Numbered from the stretch's first letter, positions 35,685 to 44,425 are shown. The stretch is 64,000 bases of DNA from a virus (IMGVR_UViG_3300022925_000008:32001-96000); one strand, 5' to 3'. Made by a program: numbers and translations. The notes: a model not told the origin generated them from the letters alone.

Positions 35685-37064
35685 TTAATACAGTTTGGCG
35701 AAAGGACCGAAAAGCGACCCTTTCTTTTGAGCAAGGAACGCCAAGTCTGTTAACATATTATTGAGTTTAGCGTTCTTCATTGTAAAGATTTCATTCAATA
35801 AATCCAACTGAATTAATTTTGAATTGGCGATATCTTTCTTGCCCGAACTAAATACTTTCGAAACGTTATTTTCAAATTCTTTTGCACTACGACAACCCAT
35901 CTCAACCTTCCCAGTTGCTTGTAGTTTCTTATATCGTTCAATATGCACATCTTTTTCTTTAAGAAAAGCGTCGAGTGTGGTGGGATAGTTTCTCCAAGAT
36001 CTCCAACGATTAGATTCTAATCTATTCTCTAAAAACACCTTTGATGCCATGTTCAAAGGCACCTTACCCAAACGTGCAGAAGAGGCACCAATGTCGGTGC
36101 CTTCTATTTTTAAATTATTAAACCCAGCACTGTTCTGTCGAATCTGAAACTTAATGTCCTGCGTCGACGAACCCATGTTCAACTTTGAATCCGTATTGGT
36201 GAAATTGTTTCCGGACAAAGAGAACAACAATTGTGAACTTCTATATTTAAAAGAATATTGAGTGTCGTCGAAAACGTCCATATTTTCAAGGTTCACTAAC
36301 TCCCACTTTGCAACCTTACCGGAGATCAACTTTAGAGAAATGCCCACGACTCTGCGGTCATGAAACATATCTCTTAGTATTGCATTGAACTCTGCAAGAG
36401 ACGTGCTGTTGTCTTTAATCTTAGCGTCCATGTCTCGTTTAACTTTAGTTAAATCAGACACCAACCAGATATCAGCGGGGTTCCATGTGTCCTTTTGTGC
36501 AATGCCGTAAAGAGTTCTACATCGTTCTGTGATGTATTCCATAAAACCATCGTCTCGTGAATAATGTTTGTAAGAAGTATTACCGACCTCACGATACGTG
36601 GTCAATTGTTGTTGGAAGATTGCGTTCTCCCACTCTTCATTCATGTTAGGGTAGATTTCCAAAAGTTCTTTACGATACAATTGGTAGAATTTTTTTTGGT
36701 TGGTAAACCCGTTGTTCTCGATCGATTTCTGAATCGCAAACATAGTGGCGCGTTCTTGTTGGCTGGTTGTTTCACCATCCGATCCGCCACCTTTCTTGGT
36801 GAATTGAGACTTGTCGATATCACTCCATTTGTATCCGTTGAACATTGGAGAAAATGAAGTTCCTGGTTTAAGAATCTGGGCGATATTTGTTTCTTGCGCA
36901 CGATCAACTGCCGTTAAGAATTCCTTGATCGTAGCAGTTTTGTTGATCTTCTGTTTTATGTTTCCCACAAATTGAAGTTCATCACCCGACTTGATGATTT
37001 CTGCTATCATCTGTAAGTATGGTTTCTCAAAAGTTAAGTATTTACCACCGCTCATTCCTGCCAT
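35685..37064 (-). CDS. Putative PD-(D/E)xK nuclease-like protein
   Basis: TSQQE, WNPADIWLV...VGISLK. Confidence 0.5.
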   Translation of the reverse strand: MAGMSGGKYLTFEKPYLQMIAEIIKSGDELQFVGNIKQKINKTATIKEFLTAVDRAQETNIAQILKPGTSFSPMFNGYKWSDIDKSQFTKKGGGSDGETTSQQERATMFAIQKSIENNGFTNQKKFYQLYRKELLEIYPNMNEEWENAIFQQQLTTYREVGNTSYKHYSRDDGFMEYITERCRTLYGIAQKDTWNPADIWLVSDLTKVKRDMDAKIKDNSTSLAEFNAILRDMFHDRRVVGISLKLISGKVAKWELVNLENMDVFDDTQYSFKYRSSQLLFSLSGNNFTNTDSKLNMGSSTQDIKFQIRQNSAGFNNLKIEGTDIGASSARLGKVPLNMASKVFLENRLESNRWRSWRNYPTTLDAFLKEKDVHIERYKKLQATGKVEMGCRSAKEFENNVSKVFSSGKKDIANSKLIQLDLLNEIFTMKNAKLNNMLTDLAFLAQKKGSLFGPFAKLY

Positions 37065-37169
37065 GTCATTCTCCCGTTAGGTTGGTTCCATGGACATTAT
37101 CTACTATAACATTATTGAAATCTTTTTTAAATAGAGCAGACACATTTTTAATTCCGTAATTTTCAGAAC

Positions 37170-37177
37170 TATTTATA
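37170..37177 (-). promoter_or_regulatory. T4-type late promoter
   Basis: TATAAATA at boundary between early region and late internal-protein operon. Confidence 0.7.
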
Positions 37178-37182
37178 TACAT

Positions 37183-37380
37183 TTAATACTTGGGATAATC
37201 TTCTCTGTCCTCCAATTTAAGGGTTTCTATCCTTAGTATAATTTGAGATTTTTCTTCTTCTGAATAGTCCGACCAGTTGGCAATTTCCATTGCCATTCGG
37301 TGGCACCCAATGCAATACTGACCCCATTTGGGGTCAAGTATACAAACACCAACACAGGGAGAGGGTACTCTAGTCGGCAT
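37183..37380 (-). CDS. DUF1289-family Cys-rich protein
   Basis: PSPCVGVC.LD....YCIGC.R...EI..W. Confidence 0.85.
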   Translation of the reverse strand: MPTRVPSPCVGVCILDPKWGQYCIGCHRMAMEIANWSDYSEEEKSQIILRIETLKLEDREDYPKY

Positions 37381-37573
37381 GAGATTTAGATATCATGAAC
37401 CTGTGGGTAAGAAAGGAAAACTGTATCGCATAGAAGAAAAACTTTCCTCTAGAAATAACTACAGACAAACTGGGGAGGAAATGAAACTCATCTCCCACCT
37501 TCCACATATTTTCGATATCAAATTTCATCAGCAGAAACTCCCATTGCGTCTTGCCATCTAGAATCATCGGCAC
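37370..37573 (-). CDS. Hypothetical protein
   Basis: ORF in operon. Confidence 0.45.
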   Translation of the reverse strand: MPMILDGKTQWEFLLMKFDIENMWKVGDEFHFLPSLSVVISRGKFFFYAIQFSFLTHRFMISKSHAD

Positions 37574-37835
37574 TTTTATATGTCCCGTAGAACATGTGCA
37601 TTATCTTGCCGTCTTCATATATGTAGGCAGTCGGTAAACCTTCGAGATTGCGTTCTATTTCCACAAGAGATTTTTTATCGGTCGTAAGATCAAACTCGCG
37701 AGCAAAACTAATTGCACAATCCCGAATATCTTGATAGATATCTAAAAGATCGCCTTGAAAAGATTTAACTCTAGAGATTGAAACGTCGTCTGGGGTTTGA
37801 GACATTTGCATAACAGTTATTGTATCTTCAGTCAT
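37518..37835 (-). CDS. Hypothetical protein
   Basis: ORF in operon. Confidence 0.55.
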   Translation of the reverse strand: MTEDTITVMQMSQTPDDVSISRVKSFQGDLLDIYQDIRDCAISFAREFDLTTDKKSLVEIERNLEGLPTAYIYEDGKIMHMFYGTYKSADDSRWQDAMGVSADEI

Positions 37836-38297
37836 TTATTGCTCCTCATTAATTACATAACAGGTTTTTTGTTTTTGATCCATGCCGTTGCCGATCTTAT
37901 TACCAACAATAACACCAACGATTGTTCCAACGTCCTTTCCGTTAGAAATTTTATGGCCGATTAGACCTCCAACAGCGGCACCAACCGCACCCTTTGTAGA
38001 TCCAAATAATCCACCAGTGATGCGCTCGATAGCACCGTTTTCGGTTCGTTGTGTACAAATTACAGAAGGTTCAGAGACTGGTTCTGATTTAATCCATGGG
38101 GTATTAGAACGTTGACGGTATGCCCACTCTGCTGCCTCTGATCGGTGCGGAGGGTTGGACATTGAGGAACCGTGTATAGTTCGGTCACCAGTACTGATTT
38201 CTACTTGTCGCAGAACGTGCATTACTTCATATAGTTCTGTACCAGAGGCAGGAATTGCCGTTATAATTAATACGAAAACGATTAAAAACTTAGTCAT
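37836..38297 (-). CDS. Exported glycine-zipper protein
   Basis: Signal peptide; GGLFG..GAVGAAVGGLIG...GTIVGVIVG..IG. Confidence 0.75.
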   Translation of the reverse strand: MTKFLIVFVLIITAIPASGTELYEVMHVLRQVEISTGDRTIHGSSMSNPPHRSEAAEWAYRQRSNTPWIKSEPVSEPSVICTQRTENGAIERITGGLFGSTKGAVGAAVGGLIGHKISNGKDVGTIVGVIVGNKIGNGMDQKQKTCYVINEEQ

Positions 38298-38324
38298 CTT
38301 TATTCCTTTTTTGCTCATACAGAT

Positions 38325-38372
38325 ATTATACCGCTTTTTACTATAATAAAAACCACACGTAAGTTATTGAAT
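38325..38372 (-). promoter_or_regulatory. Early promoter with IHF-like site
   Basis: ATTCAATAACTTA - 29 nt - TATAAT. Confidence 0.75.
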
Positions 38373-38375
38373 TAG

Positions 38376-38405
38376 AAAGAAAATTGGGGGGCATTTCTGC
38401 CCCCC
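38376..38405 (-). terminator. Rho-independent terminator
   Basis: GGGGGGCA-GAAA-TGCCCCCC followed by T-rich run. Confidence 0.8.
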
Positions 38406-38413
38406 ATGGGGTC

Positions 38414-38665
38414 TTACACAGCGTTGGCAGCAAGTGCCTTATAACCAGCAGCAATTACTGATTTTGACGGAGTACCAAGGCGATAAAAACCTTTGGTGTC
38501 GCCTTTACTGTTGGTTCGTTTGTTCAGGTATACGGGGAAACCTTCGAAACGAATGTTTTGAATCACTGCGCGGGGATTCTTGGCGCCGAATCGTGCGGTG
38601 ATTTGTTTTGCAGTCAATTGCTGACCTTCCATGAGTGCGTTTAATACACGAGTTGCTTGAGACAT
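38414..38665 (-). CDS. Winged helix-turn-helix protein
   Basis: VLNAL..G..LTAKQI..RFG..NPRA.I..IR..G..VY....YRLGTP. Confidence 0.75.
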   Translation of the reverse strand: MSQATRVLNALMEGQQLTAKQITARFGAKNPRAVIQNIRFEGFPVYLNKRTNSKGDTKGFYRLGTPSKSVIAAGYKALAANAV

Positions 38666-38692
38666 ATTGCCTTTTCCTATTTTCATTTAAAG

Positions 38693-39175
38693 TTACCAAT
38701 ACAATTGAGTCAGTTCTTCTTCAAGACCATACGCTTCTTCTTCCCAAGGAAAGTTGCGATACTTGTTTTCAGACAAGGTGCGCGCTTTTCCTCTGCTCGT
38801 GGTAAGAGCATTATTGAGAATCTTCGGAGTAAGTTCTCTTCGAATGTACTGCTTCGCATGTACAAGTTCATGTGCCAGCGTGCTGGCGATATCCCTTACT
38901 GCGTAAGGGAATTTTTCCTCTCCATCGTCATAATTACGACTGAGAGAAATTGCTATCATTCTAGCTCTGGTTTTTTCGCCAAAGTCACCTACGTCGCAGG
39001 TGCCATAGTCAACACAGTATCCAGAATCATTATTATCTAAACGAGGTTTCATTTCAATGCCGATTACAATCAATTCTTTACGGTCACGCTTGAAGAAATG
39101 ATTTACAACGTTGCAACCGAATTGGTGAAACCGCTCTTTTTGCGGAAACCTTCCGCTAATAACTAAATTAATCAT
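38693..39175 (-). CDS. HExxH zinc metallopeptidase-like protein
   Basis: TLAHELVHAKQY...PWEEEAY. Confidence 0.75.
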   Translation of the reverse strand: MINLVISGRFPQKERFHQFGCNVVNHFFKRDRKELIVIGIEMKPRLDNNDSGYCVDYGTCDVGDFGEKTRARMIAISLSRNYDDGEEKFPYAVRDIASTLAHELVHAKQYIRRELTPKILNNALTTSRGKARTLSENKYRNFPWEEEAYGLEEELTQLYW

Positions 39176-39181
39176 ACCAAT

Positions 39182-39230
39182 ATTATACCCTATTTTATCC
39201 ACCAAAGAAACCAGACCTATCCCCTTGATT
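39182..39230 (-). promoter_or_regulatory. Early promoter with degenerate IHF-like site
   Basis: AATCAAGGGGATA - 30 nt - TATAAT, GTTTCTTT at -35. Confidence 0.65.
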
Positions 39231-39609
39231 TTACAAACAATTTATCGCGGGGATGTGGTTCCATCCAAGATCCGTTGACATAACCAGAGACCAGACGTTT
39301 CGCTTGGCGAATGGCAATTACAATAGACTTGTCTTTGTTATCACCAAACTCTAGGATACGGTCGCACTCAACCAGTGCTTTCTGGCGACCCTTGACTTCG
39401 ATGGTTTTGGTAACACCATTCTTAAAGTATTCAACTTCGTAATTGGTGAGGGTTTCGTTCTCGGTTTCTTCTTCGATCACGCGATTTATGATCTCGTTAC
39501 ACAACGAGATAGGAACCTTAGAGACTCTTTTAGACAGAGTCTCTTCCAGAATTGCCCGACGATATTGATTGGGGATGTCTTTGTGGAAAGAATAGTTTAC
39601 TTTAATCAC
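39217..39609 (-). CDS. Hypothetical protein
   Basis: ORF in operon. Confidence 0.6.
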   Translation of the reverse strand: MIKVNYSFHKDIPNQYRRAILEETLSKRVSKVPISLCNEIINRVIEEETENETLTNYEVEYFKNGVTKTIEVKGRQKALVECDRILEFGDNKDKSIVIAIRQAKRLVSGYVNGSWMEPHPRDKLFVKSRG

Positions 39610-40568
39610 GCTGCCTCCGCCATTTTAACTGCTGTGTTAATAGCAACAACCTTACGTTGAGCACCAAATCCAAACCAAGAGGACTGCATACGTGTGTCTG
39701 CCGTTCTTCCGAGGTGATGATCAGTCATATAGGTCACAGCGTTGAGAGCGTTCCACCAAGTCCCTGGAGCGAGATCTCCTCCTGGTTGGGTTTCGACAAA
39801 GTCGAAAGTCTTTTTGGCGGTCGGCGAAAGGTCTTCGTATACCTTGACGTCTTTGCCCTTGGCAGGAAATACCTCGTTGAAGTATTTGATCATATCGGTA
39901 ACATTGGCGTTCTTTCCTGCTAGGAAATTTGCCATATCACGATACTGAGCGAATTTCTCGCTGGCAATGCCCATCTTTTCTTTTACTAAATCCGCGCTGA
40001 ACTTGTTTCGGTGATTCATCCGGACTTCGTTGTTGGACTTGGTGCCAAGAGACATCGTCAGCGTATTATTACAAACAACTCGGATAGGAGTCATTCGCAC
40101 GTTTACAGACTTCCCGTACTGATGGGGGTTAGAGAATAACATAAAGTTGTCGACCCGATCTTTACCCAAGACGTCAAAAGACTCTTTGATCTTGGCAAGA
40201 ACCCAAACGATCTCTCCACCCTTGAGGGATCCGGCAGTGTGCATTTCCATATCGCCTGCTGCACAGAAATCGCCGAAGAAGTCAAACGCTTCATCATTCT
40301 GGACAGGTTCCCAACCGTCGCCAACCATCGGGGCGAGGACTGCATTATCAGTATCGCGAAGCAAAGCATTAGTGCCTGTCTCGATCATATCGCCATCGTA
40401 GGTAACGAACGAGGGACGCTTTACCACACCCCAGTCTAATCCTGCTGCCTTTTGGAACTGACGCGGAGACAGGTCGCCAGAGACTTTAGTTCCAAGTCCG
40501 TGCCAAGGAGTCTCGCCAACATATGCCATCTTCGCTTCGCCGTTTACAATTTCTAATTCGTGACTCAT
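39606..40568 (-). CDS. DUF932-family protein
   Basis: PWHGLG, PVQN.EAF.F, TAGSLKGG..VW.LA, TPIRVVCNNTL, HR, T.W..LNAVT...DH. Confidence 0.85.
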   Translation of the reverse strand: MSHELEIVNGEAKMAYVGETPWHGLGTKVSGDLSPRQFQKAAGLDWGVVKRPSFVTYDGDMIETGTNALLRDTDNAVLAPMVGDGWEPVQNDEAFDFFGDFCAAGDMEMHTAGSLKGGEIVWVLAKIKESFDVLGKDRVDNFMLFSNPHQYGKSVNVRMTPIRVVCNNTLTMSLGTKSNNEVRMNHRNKFSADLVKEKMGIASEKFAQYRDMANFLAGKNANVTDMIKYFNEVFPAKGKDVKVYEDLSPTAKKTFDFVETQPGGDLAPGTWWNALNAVTYMTDHHLGRTADTRMQSSWFGFGAQRKVVAINTAVKMAEAA

Positions 40569-40597
40569 TCTACCACTCCTTTCATAATATTAAAATT

Positions 40598-40867
40598 TTA
40601 AACGTAGGAACAAACATCATCCCAGATGTCAGCAACCTCTTTACCAGTCATAAACCCAGCTTCTTGAGCAGAATCATCACAACCGCAGGTCGCTTCAATA
40701 AAAAGAGAAGACGCCATAATTTTCCAAGCAGCACCAAACAGCGTATTATGACGCTGAATAATAGAGGCAAGTTCATTAGCATCAGCACTTCTACCTTGAA
40801 GACAATCATTAGAGTACAAACAGATTTGCCCGTCGTCGATTGAAACATAGTCAATTGGGTGGTTCAT
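40598..40867 (-). CDS. Early hypothetical protein
   Basis: Follows early promoter and AAGGA RBS. Confidence 0.65.
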   Translation of the reverse strand: MNHPIDYVSIDDGQICLYSNDCLQGRSADANELASIIQRHNTLFGAAWKIMASSLFIEATCGCDDSAQEAGFMTGKEVADIWDDVCSYV

Positions 40868-40894
40868 AGTAGTTCCTTTTTTGTTTACAAGGTA

Positions 40895-40943
40895 ATTATA
40901 CCCTAGATCTTGTAAAATCTAAACCTAACCTAAGTTATTGATT
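40895..40943 (-). promoter_or_regulatory. Early promoter with IHF-like site
   Basis: AATCAATAACTTA - 30 nt - TATAAT. Confidence 0.8.
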
Positions 40944-41157
40944 TAGAAGAAGAAAACGTACCAACCCGACCGATATGCTGCGAATTGGAAACGAAAATTA
41001 TCGAACCCTTAGTTTCAACCCTACTTTTAGGATTATTAGCTCGCGCGGGTTTTTTAATAGCAATTTTTGAAGAAGCTAAAATTTTAATTTTTTTATTAGA
41101 AGCTAAAAATTCAGCGGTCAATTTTTCAAGCTCAAGCCTAAGTTCAACTTTATTCAT
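40930..41157 (-). CDS. Early hypothetical protein
   Basis: Follows early promoter; stop lies in next promoter motif. Confidence 0.6.
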   Translation of the reverse strand: MNKVELRLELEKLTAEFLASNKKIKILASSKIAIKKPARANNPKSRVETKGSIIFVSNSQHIGRVGTFSSSKSIT

Positions 41158-41183
41158 TTCACGTTCCTTTGGTTTATACGTAT

Positions 41184-41231
41184 ATTATACCGCAAAACAG
41201 GAGAAATAAAACTATTGGTAAGGTATTGATT
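41184..41231 (-). promoter_or_regulatory. Early promoter with IHF-like site
   Basis: AATCAATACCTTA - 29 nt - TATAAT. Confidence 0.8.
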
Positions 41232-41462
41232 TTATTCGAGTATTTGTTGGTTTTTGAGATCCGCCACTTCCTTCTTAGAGAGGTCGCGAAACTTTCTTCT
41301 GCTCACACTCCATTGTTTCTTTGGCTTTGCGAAACGAACTTCAGTTCCACCGACAGGCACATATCCAATAAGGTATGATCCCTGTGTTATGTAAACATGG
41401 TTCTGTTGTTCGTGATTGCACTTTGACCAGTCCGTAAGTTCAAGTCTATATCTATCAGCCAA
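41232..41462 (-). CDS. Early hypothetical protein (TTG start)
   Basis: GAGG RBS; TDW...NHVY...KQWS.SRRKF. Confidence 0.6.
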   Translation of the reverse strand: MADRYRLELTDWSKCNHEQQNHVYITQGSYLIGYVPVGGTEVRFAKPKKQWSVSRRKFRDLSKKEVADLKNQQILE

Positions 41463-41491
41463 AATAAATCCTCATAATATATTGAACCCCA

Positions 41492-41540
41492 ATTATACCA
41501 ACTGATGGGGCGAAAAGAAACCACTGCTAAGCCTTTGATT
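41492..41540 (-). promoter_or_regulatory. Early promoter with IHF-like site
   Basis: AATCAAAGGCTTA - 30 nt - TATAAT. Confidence 0.8.
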
Positions 41541-41706
41541 TACCTCGAGGTTTTCGAACCAAGATTGAATCGTATAATCCGTATCGCCATTTCTTGGTTA
41601 CCAACTCGTGACCATTAAACTCTATGACCTGATCTTCACCGTCTCTCTCGATCGCGCTCTTGAGGGAACTGAGACTGTTCCATTTACGACTAGTATAATC
41701 GATCAT
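41527..41706 (-). CDS. Hypothetical protein (59 aa)
   Basis: Manual translation MIDYTSRKWNSLSSLKSAIERDGED... Confidence 0.55.
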   Translation of the reverse strand: MIDYTSRKWNSLSSLKSAIERDGEDQVIEFNGHELVTKKWRYGLYDSILVRKPRGKSKA

Positions 41707-41864
41707 ATTAGTGGTTTACCTTCTCTCCAATCTAGGAAAGCATGACCTGCCAACATTATCCCGAGAAAATATTCTACAGGGTCGACAGCAAAGAAAAAGA
41801 AAAGCACTGAAAGTGCCAGTTGAATTTTGACCGAATGGTCATAAATTATATCACGTATATCCAT
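41703..41864 (-). CDS. Small two-TM membrane protein (53 aa)
   Basis: Manual translation MDIRDIIYDHSVKIQLALSVLFFFF... Confidence 0.5.
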   Translation of the reverse strand: MDIRDIIYDHSVKIQLALSVLFFFFAVDPVEYFLGIMLAGHAFLDWREGKPLI

Positions 41865-42187
41865 TATGATATCATCTCCGAAATTTCACGAGCATATTTG
41901 GGGTTTGTTACAGGGACTGCGTTGGATTTGTGGAGGGTGGCGATGCCGATAACGAAGTCTCCCGTGTACCGCTGGGACTCTCGTTTGTCGCCTCCTGCCT
42001 TTCTTGAAGTAAGAGGTGCTGACGGGTAGCGTTCTGTCTCTGCCGCGCGTTCTGTTGCATACGTCTTTGTTGGTTTGTATTCCTGAAACTTAGGCGGGAC
42101 ATATTTGACACAGACTTCTCCTTTTGGTTTACGAGGTTTACGTTTGCGACCATTAAAATCATACTTATAAGATCCGAAAACCCTCAT
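41864..42187 (-). CDS. Conserved T4-like hypothetical protein
   Basis: YTG.FVIGIATLHKSNAVPV motif; start MRVFG. Confidence 0.7.
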   Translation of the reverse strand: MRVFGSYKYDFNGRKRKPRKPKGEVCVKYVPPKFQEYKPTKTYATERAAETERYPSAPLTSRKAGGDKRESQRYTGDFVIGIATLHKSNAVPVTNPKYAREISEMIS

Positions 42188-42188
42188 G

Positions 42189-42689
42189 TTAACACGCCAC
42201 CTCCCAACTAATATAAGGACGAGTGTCTCCACTACCATTCCAGTTTACTTTGCAACCACTCGCTTCAATGAGAGGAATGACTGCCTTGAAGTTTTCAACA
42301 CCCTCATCACTGCCATCAAAACAGAACGTAGAACTTCCAGCAACTTCGGGAGGCATACAAGCAAAACCACTCACGCTGGTGTCAGGTTCATAGTCAAGAT
42401 CATCAAACGAACCGTAGAGAATACCTTCACCACCGCAGTGGTCACACTCGACGTATTCCTGATTTTCGTCGCCAAACTCACCTTCGAGAACTTGTCCATC
42501 ACCATCACAGTCAGGGCAATCTTCACCATCGCTATCAATCACACAGTCCTGCGAGTGATTGAACAATGCCTTGGTATGGTCAACATCAAAAGGAACCTCG
42601 CTCCACGCACACGACTGGCAACACGGCATGTTCCATTCCACAAACCAACCTTCGGCGCGAAGTACCTCTTGCATCTTAGCAAAACTCAT
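42189..42689 (-). CDS. Acidic protein (DUF6891-like) with inserted DnaJ-type zinc finger
   Basis: CCQSCAW; CPDCDGDG and CDHCGGEG. Confidence 0.6.
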   Translation of the reverse strand: MSFAKMQEVLRAEGWFVEWNMPCCQSCAWSEVPFDVDHTKALFNHSQDCVIDSDGEDCPDCDGDGQVLEGEFGDENQEYVECDHCGGEGILYGSFDDLDYEPDTSVSGFACMPPEVAGSSTFCFDGSDEGVENFKAVIPLIEASGCKVNWNGSGDTRPYISWEVAC

Positions 42690-42719
42690 AATAATCTTCT
42701 CTTTATTTCTGTTGTTATT

Positions 42720-42768
42720 ATTATACCATATAACACTATCAAAGAAAACCACAGGTAAGTAATTGGTT
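42720..42768 (-). promoter_or_regulatory. Early promoter with IHF-like site
   Basis: AACCAATTACTTA - 30 nt - TATAAT. Confidence 0.7.
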
Positions 42769-42777
42769 TAGAACGAA

Positions 42778-43065
42778 TTATCCATCTGCGAGCGTAGTTT
42801 TGTTCATATTTTCCCACCCAGTAATTACGTGGCGGAGAGAACGAGATAAAGCTGCTGAGTTAGAAATCTTCGAAGCATATGCTTCCACTGATTTCATTTC
42901 TTCTCGAGTAAAATCTTTTGGGTGGGGTTTGCCCAAAAATGTACTAACCAACCCAAACCCAAGTTCAAATAAGAACTGATCCAACTCTGCCTCTACTTCT
43001 TCGAAATTTTCGAGTGTGAATTCTTTGTTGAATTTTTCGCCACCAACTGATTCGATCTTACCCAT
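42778..43065 (-). CDS. Hypothetical protein
   Basis: ORF in operon. Confidence 0.6.
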   Translation of the reverse strand: MGKIESVGGEKFNKEFTLENFEEVEAELDQFLFELGFGLVSTFLGKPHPKDFTREEMKSVEAYASKISNSAALSRSLRHVITGWENMNKTTLADG

Positions 43066-43213
43066 TCAATACAACCCCAACTCCTACTGCGATAAAAGAG
43101 ACAACCATTAGAACATACAATCCAAACACTGCTAATTCTAGGCGATCAAATTTCTTTTCTTGTTCAGCAAAAGATCTCTCAATCCCTGCCATTGCTTCGT
43201 TTATCTTACTCAT
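43058..43213 (-). CDS. Small membrane protein starting MSKINEAM
   Basis: Manual translation MSKINEAMAGIERSFAEQEKKFDRLELAVFGLYVLMVVSFIAVGVGVVLNG. Confidence 0.5.
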   Translation of the reverse strand: MSKINEAMAGIERSFAEQEKKFDRLELAVFGLYVLMVVSFIAVGVGVVLNG

Positions 43214-43244
43214 GCAGACACCTCCTCCGTCTTGACAAAAATAG
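43189..43244. repeat. 56-bp direct repeat, copy 1
   Basis: CCATTGCTTCGTTTATCTTACTCATGCAGACACCTCCTCCGTCTTGACAAAAATAG. Confidence 0.9.
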
Positions 43245-43431
43245 AAGGATTTGCGTTAACAAAATGCGCTGCTGCGCTTAGGTGGCTGTCGAGTTCAGAG
43301 GGACTTATCCCGAGATGGGTGCAGTAATAGTCAGCCCATTCTTGGGTAGAGGTGATCTCTAAAGCGATTTTTGCTGCGACAAACAATCCCTGCGCGGCCT
43401 CTGGCACCATTGCTTCGTTTATCTTACTCAT
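43210..43431 (-). CDS. Hypothetical protein enclosed by direct repeats
   Basis: Begins MSKINEAM, ends IFVKTEEVSA. Confidence 0.6.
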   Translation of the reverse strand: MSKINEAMVPEAAQGLFVAAKIALEITSTQEWADYYCTHLGISPSELDSHLSAAAHFVNANPSIFVKTEEVSA

Positions 43432-43462
43432 GCAGACACATCCTCCGTCTTGACAAAAATAG
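43407..43462. repeat. 56-bp direct repeat, copy 2
   Basis: Identical to copy 1 except one C/A mismatch; 218 bp period. Confidence 0.9.
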
Positions 43463-43643
43463 TATACTCAGTGTTGTGATTTTTGTTGATCATATCAACA
43501 GCAAAACCATCGTCAAAAACTTCTGAGACGTAACCAGTAGCACGTTTGTTTTTCCGAACACCACCTTTGCCAAACGCAGGCAGAGGGAAAGTTACGTACA
43601 TACCATTCAAAAACGCTTTTGGATTATTGCTTAATTCAGTCAT
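43428..43643 (-). CDS. Small SH3-like hypothetical protein
   Basis: Ends IFVKTEDVSA; AAGGA RBS. Confidence 0.6.
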   Translation of the reverse strand: MTELSNNPKAFLNGMYVTFPLPAFGKGGVRKNKRATGYVSEVFDDGFAVDMINKNHNTEYTIFVKTEDVSA

Positions 43644-43682
43644 TTTATTTCCTTTTTTGTTTATGTTATTTAAGTTATTGAT

Positions 43683-43850
43683 TTAAAAGGATTTTTGGAA
43701 CGTTTCGGTCCACGCTTTGAATACTTCTCTGGATTCATTCTTGCTCAACCCGAATGTTGTTTCCAGAAGTTTGGGTGCACCAAACATGTTGATGCTTCCG
43801 CTTTCTCGCGTCGCGTCTAAAAACTTAAAATAAGATTCTAAATTATCCAT
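43683..43850 (-). CDS. Hypothetical protein (55 aa)
   Basis: Manual translation MDNLESYFKFLDATRESGSINMFGAPKLLETTFGLSKNESREVFKAW... Confidence 0.6.
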   Translation of the reverse strand: MDNLESYFKFLDATRESGSINMFGAPKLLETTFGLSKNESREVFKAWTETFQKSF

Positions 43851-43851
43851 A

Positions 43852-44091
43852 TTAATGTCCTATTTTAGTTTTTGGTTTCCACCCTTCAATGATTGTTTTG
43901 GCAGTGGTACCGAATCCCATACCATCAAGAACACCACGGATGTATTCGATCTCATCTGCTGCCGCAAGACCTTTGTGGTACGCACGGCTGTCATCAGACA
44001 TCGTGAAGAACCAGTCGTGGTGCTTACATTTTTCGTGGAGGATTTCGCAGATTTCTGATGCATCCTTACCGCTCAAATCTAAACGATTCAT
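43852..44091 (-). CDS. Hypothetical protein
   Basis: HDWFF.MSDDSR.Y..G motif; GGAGG RBS. Confidence 0.65.
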   Translation of the reverse strand: MNRLDLSGKDASEICEILHEKCKHHDWFFTMSDDSRAYHKGLAAADEIEYIRGVLDGMGFGTTAKTIIEGWKPKTKIGH

Positions 44092-44270
44092 TATGCCTCC
44101 TTCTTTAAGACTGTATCAATACTTTCAATCTGTTCCTTTGCCAACTTTACGCTGGCCAGTTTCAGAATTGGCGAATCTATCTCAATCGCACGAATCAGAT
44201 TCTCGATAGTAACGCGACTACCAGCAAGTTCAGCACGAGTATCACACATCTCAAAAAAATAATCATTCAT
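44091..44270 (-). CDS. Hypothetical protein (59 aa)
   Basis: Manual translation MNDYFFEMCDTRAELAGSRV...; GAGGTG RBS. Confidence 0.5.
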   Translation of the reverse strand: MNDYFFEMCDTRAELAGSRVTIENLIRAIEIDSPILKLASVKLAKEQIESIDTVLKKEA

Positions 44271-44425
44271 TATAACGCCACCTCTTCTTCTTCCGTTTCT
44301 ATTAGGTTGAGAACAAAATCCAATGCACCGAGATAACCTTCATCATACTGGTTTTCCGTTGAAGACAACTTTACTAGACTGATTCTCTCGTTAATAACAA
44401 ACTTGATATGGTCAACTAAAATCAT
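44270..44425 (-). CDS. Hypothetical protein
   Basis: Start MILVDH after GAGG. Confidence 0.55.
   Translation of the reverse strand: MILVDHIKFVINERISLVKLSSTENQYDEGYLGALDFVLNLIETEEEEVAL

Noticed and set aside
43189-43462. Possible CRISPR-like repeat-spacer unit
   Set aside because: Only two copies, 56 bp, protein-coding in both, spacer is a full ORF; no cas context
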